NCBI RefSeq assembly: GCF_001194135.2
Contig: NC_069007.1
Coordinates: 4,174,718-4,221,615 of the forward strand
Origin: Octopus bimaculoides
Taxonomy: Eukaryota
DNA: 46,898 nt
Reading direction: 5' to 3'
The notes under the pieces were generated by a model that saw only the letters and a program-made list of their open reading frames with translations, was not told the origin of the DNA and did not search any database. Both the position numbers and the translations under genes were made by a program. Shown in pieces: positions 44,022 to 46,898 of the stretch (positions within the stretch are counted from its first letter, which is position 1; every line of letters starts with the position of its first letter).

Positions 44022-44240
44022 AGGCAGTGGGTTGCGAGAATCCTTAACACGCAGTGAAAAATGTTTAGCAGCATTTCGTCCGTCTTTGCGTTCTGAGTTC
44101 AAATTCCGCCGAGGTCGACTTTTCGTTTCATCTTTTCGGGGTGGATAAAATAAGTACCAGTTGAACACCAGGGTCGATGTAATCGACTTACTCCCTCCCC
44201 TTGAAATTGCTGGCCTTGTGCAAAAATTTGAAACTAATAT
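44022..44240 (+). mobile_element. SINE family C copy
   Basis: gagttcaaattccgccgaggtcgact...cttttcggggtggataaaataagtaccag. Confidence 0.75.
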
Positions 44241-45352
44241 TTAGGTTTGAATTACGTTGTTATAGGAGACAAAGGCACATCGGCAATTCTAAGTTCTTCC
44301 GGATCTTTATATTCCGAGTTCAAATCCTATCGAGATCAAGTTTGCTTTCTGCCTTTTCGGGATCGATAAAATAAAGTATCAGTCAAAATAAGTAAGAATT
44401 ATGTCAGACAAAATCGAAAACTGTGCAGTACAATGTCTTTTAATATAAAATTCCATAAACTGTATATTTTACTTGTTATCCTTCAATATGGAGTGTCTAC
44501 ATAGTCGCTAAACTATTAACCTTGTAATCAGGTGTTCAAATCTTATTGCTGTCATTAGGTTGTCTCACTTCAGTAAAAACTATCTCTCTCTCTCTCTCAA
44601 TGGGAGTCACTAAATATTTGAAGCGTTTGCTGGTTCTTCTCTGGCTGGAACTTACATACCAGCAAACATTTTGTCAGTGTGATGAGTCTCGTCGTCATTA
44701 CTAAGCATCAATACAGAAAATTCATTGCACATAGGTAAGCCATATCTTCTGGAATGTTCTCTATCTGAACTTTTGTTAGCCTACAATACAATAGAAACGT
44801 TTTCTGGTATTGTGCCAGCACCAATTTGTTCTTCAAAGGAAAAGAGTTATAATAAATTGTGTTGTTAACTGAAATAATGCAAGAATGGAGTATACGGTAA
44901 ACAAATTTTCTCTATTATATACAACCGCTCTCAACATTCATCATATGTTGTCGAATTTGTTCTTCAGATTTGTAAAATGTATAGTTTGCAGACAGGATGG
45001 AGCATCAATAATAACATTTCTCGTTGCTCTAAAAATTCTATAAACAATCCGTAAATTGTAACATGATTATGGCATTGAAATATTTTATTTTTAGTAAATG
45101 AAATATGAAGAATTGATGTAGTGCATCAGGTAAATCTAAAATATGGTTTAAACGGAATTTACAGCAAATGTTCTTCAAGTACTCTTCCATGAAAATTACT
45201 GCATTACTACGATAGAATCTCACGATCATTTAACCGCAACTAGGACGGATTACATTGATAGCTACTTCTAGCTCTGGTGTCTTACGGCATTCAACATCTG
45301 TCAATGCTTTGTTAATTGTTAATGTACTTGGCGATGCCGTTCAGCATCAGAC

Positions 45353-45575
45353 GCAGGCATGATTGAGTGGTAAGAAGCTTAATTCCTAACTACATGGCTC
45401 GGGGTTCAGTCCCACTGCGTGGCACCTTGGGCAAGTGTCTTCTACTATAGCCACAGAGCTTTGTGAGTGGAGTTGGGAGACGGAAACTGAATGTGTGTGT
45501 GTGTGTCTTTGTCTTTGTTCCCCATCACCACTGCTTGAAAACCGGTGCTCACGTGTTTACGTCCTCGTAACTTGT
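45353..45575 (+). mobile_element. SINE family B copy
   Basis: gcaggcatgattgagtggtaag...gggttcagtcccactgcgtggcaccttgggcaagtgtc. Confidence 0.75.
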
Positions 45576-46064
45576 AAATAATAAGAGTTGGAGTAAATAA
45601 TGAGTGAAGATGCCGGATAAATGTGCTGAGAAATGCATTTTGATACACGAGGAAAACTACTGGGAGTACATAAAAGAACTTGGTGAAAATATAACAACAA
45701 TAAGGGTATGGTTGGTGGAGACACCACCCCCTAGAACTGATTATTTGCAGTTGATAAGGACACAAGTAACAGTGGTTAATGGGAGAAAGGTAACGCGAGT
45801 GTTTGAACTTTTTGAGTTGCAAAACCGTTAAAATGTCTACATGATGTTGAACGTAAAAGTGAAAAACTGGATAAATGTAACCACCCGACTTCGGGGGTCG
45901 AGTGGACATTGCGCCTCACTTTTTCATTCTTGCATATTGTCATTTTATTTTAATCTTTCTTCTACTATTATCATTCGCTTTTGTAATTTTTAGTTCCCCG
46001 ATTTTATGTTTGATGTTTTGTGATGTCTTAAAAATTCTTTGTATAACCCTTTATGAGTAATAAA

Positions 46065-46572
46065 GAAATCGGTATTTCGTCTGCCGTTAATTTCTGAGTT
46101 CAAATTCCGCCGAGGTCGACTTTGCCTTTCATCCTTTCGGGGTCGATAAATTAAGTACCAGTTACGCACTGGGGTCGATGTAATCGACGTAATCCCTTGT
46201 TTGTCCCCTCTATTTTTAGCCCCTTTTGGGCAGTAAAGAAATAAGAAACATAAACGCCAAGAATACGGAATCCTCATGAAATTCATCCCACATAAACCGT
46301 TTAAATGATTACCTTTTTTTTGTTTCAGTCATTGGACTGCGACCATGCCTTGAAGAATTTTTTAGTCGAATAAATTGACCTCAGTATTTTTGAAAGCCTG
46401 GTCCTTATTCTATCATTCTCTTTTGCTGAACTGCTAAGTTACAGGACCGTAAACACACCAACAGCGCTTGTCAAATGATGGTGGAGGACAAAAACAGACA
46501 GACACATATAAGCATATGCACATATATATGTATACGATCGATAGGCTTCTTGTAGTTTCCGTCTACCAAATC
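46065..46572. mobile_element. SINE family C (+, 46065-46250) and family B (-, 46318-46572)
   Basis: Homology to other copies in the window. Confidence 0.75.
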
Positions 46573-46654
46573 CGGATCTATTTTAAAACGGGGGCACCAG
46601 TATTTTCTTAATGAAACACTAACGAAACACTTTGAAACTTGGGACACTGGTAGA

Positions 46655-46898
46655 ACGTGTCATATAAAACATCTTTTACTCTTAGTCTTCTTAACAAACA
46701 AATGTACATCGCAAGTTATTCCATGTTACAGTTGTCGTATTTCTGTAATTTCAACCAATCACTGACGTCTATTCAGCTGAATAGACGTCAGTGATTGGTT
46801 GAAATTACAGAAATACGACAACTGTAACATGGAATAACTTGCGATGTACATTTGTTTGTTAAGAAGACTAAGAGTAAAAGATGTTTTATATGACACGT
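46655..46898. repeat. Perfect spacer-less 244-bp palindrome reaching the window end
   Basis: Centre cag|ctg at 46776/46777; 122-bp arms are exact reverse complements. Confidence 0.95.

Noticed and set aside
44708-44834. Minus-strand peptide EEQIGAGTIPETFLLYCRLTKVQIENIPEDMAYLCAMNFLY, faintly LRR-like
   Set aside because: It lacks the LxxLxLxxN core, is surrounded by stops, and has no convincing splice sites or partner exons.
45604-45831. 75-aa ORF with YLQLIRTQVTVVNG, weakly RT-like
   Set aside because: No other RT motifs nearby; cannot be supported without a search.
1-46898. CRISPR arrays, operons or prokaryotic systems
   Set aside because: The sequence is eukaryotic with spliceosomal introns; the repeats are dispersed TEs and microsatellites, not repeat-spacer arrays.

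Overview
AT-rich, microsatellite- and SINE-dense eukaryotic genomic DNA with 7 assembly gaps. The repeat families resemble those of Octopus (inference, not database-checked). The ORF track is mostly uninformative because the main feature is one large spliced gene on the + strand. I traced 21 exons by hand from 241 to 38643; all have AG/GT boundaries and compatible phases, except that the 6th exon lies mostly inside the 12374-12563 gap, so its internal frame cannot be read. They encode about 1000 aa (5' end upstream of the window) of an adhesion GPCR with the order: LRR repeats - LRRCT - 12-Cys Ly6/uPAR (three-finger)-like domain - [gap] - SEA-like segment - HormR/HRM - GAIN with intact GPS (CSCNHL|TNFALLM) - ADGRG-like 7TM - short tail. 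An LRR + Ly6/uPAR ectodomain on a SEA-HormR-GAIN-7TM core is an architecture I do not recognise from characterised aGPCRs, and the modules are bracketed by phase-1 introns. Introns and the 3' flank hold at least three tRNA-derived SINE families, R4/Dong, Tx1/L1 and CR1 LINE remnants, Penelope-like termini with hammerhead-ribozyme motifs, Tc1, maT, hAT and pogo-type DNA elements, a Helitron, a perfect 36-bp hairpin and a perfect 244-bp terminal palindrome.
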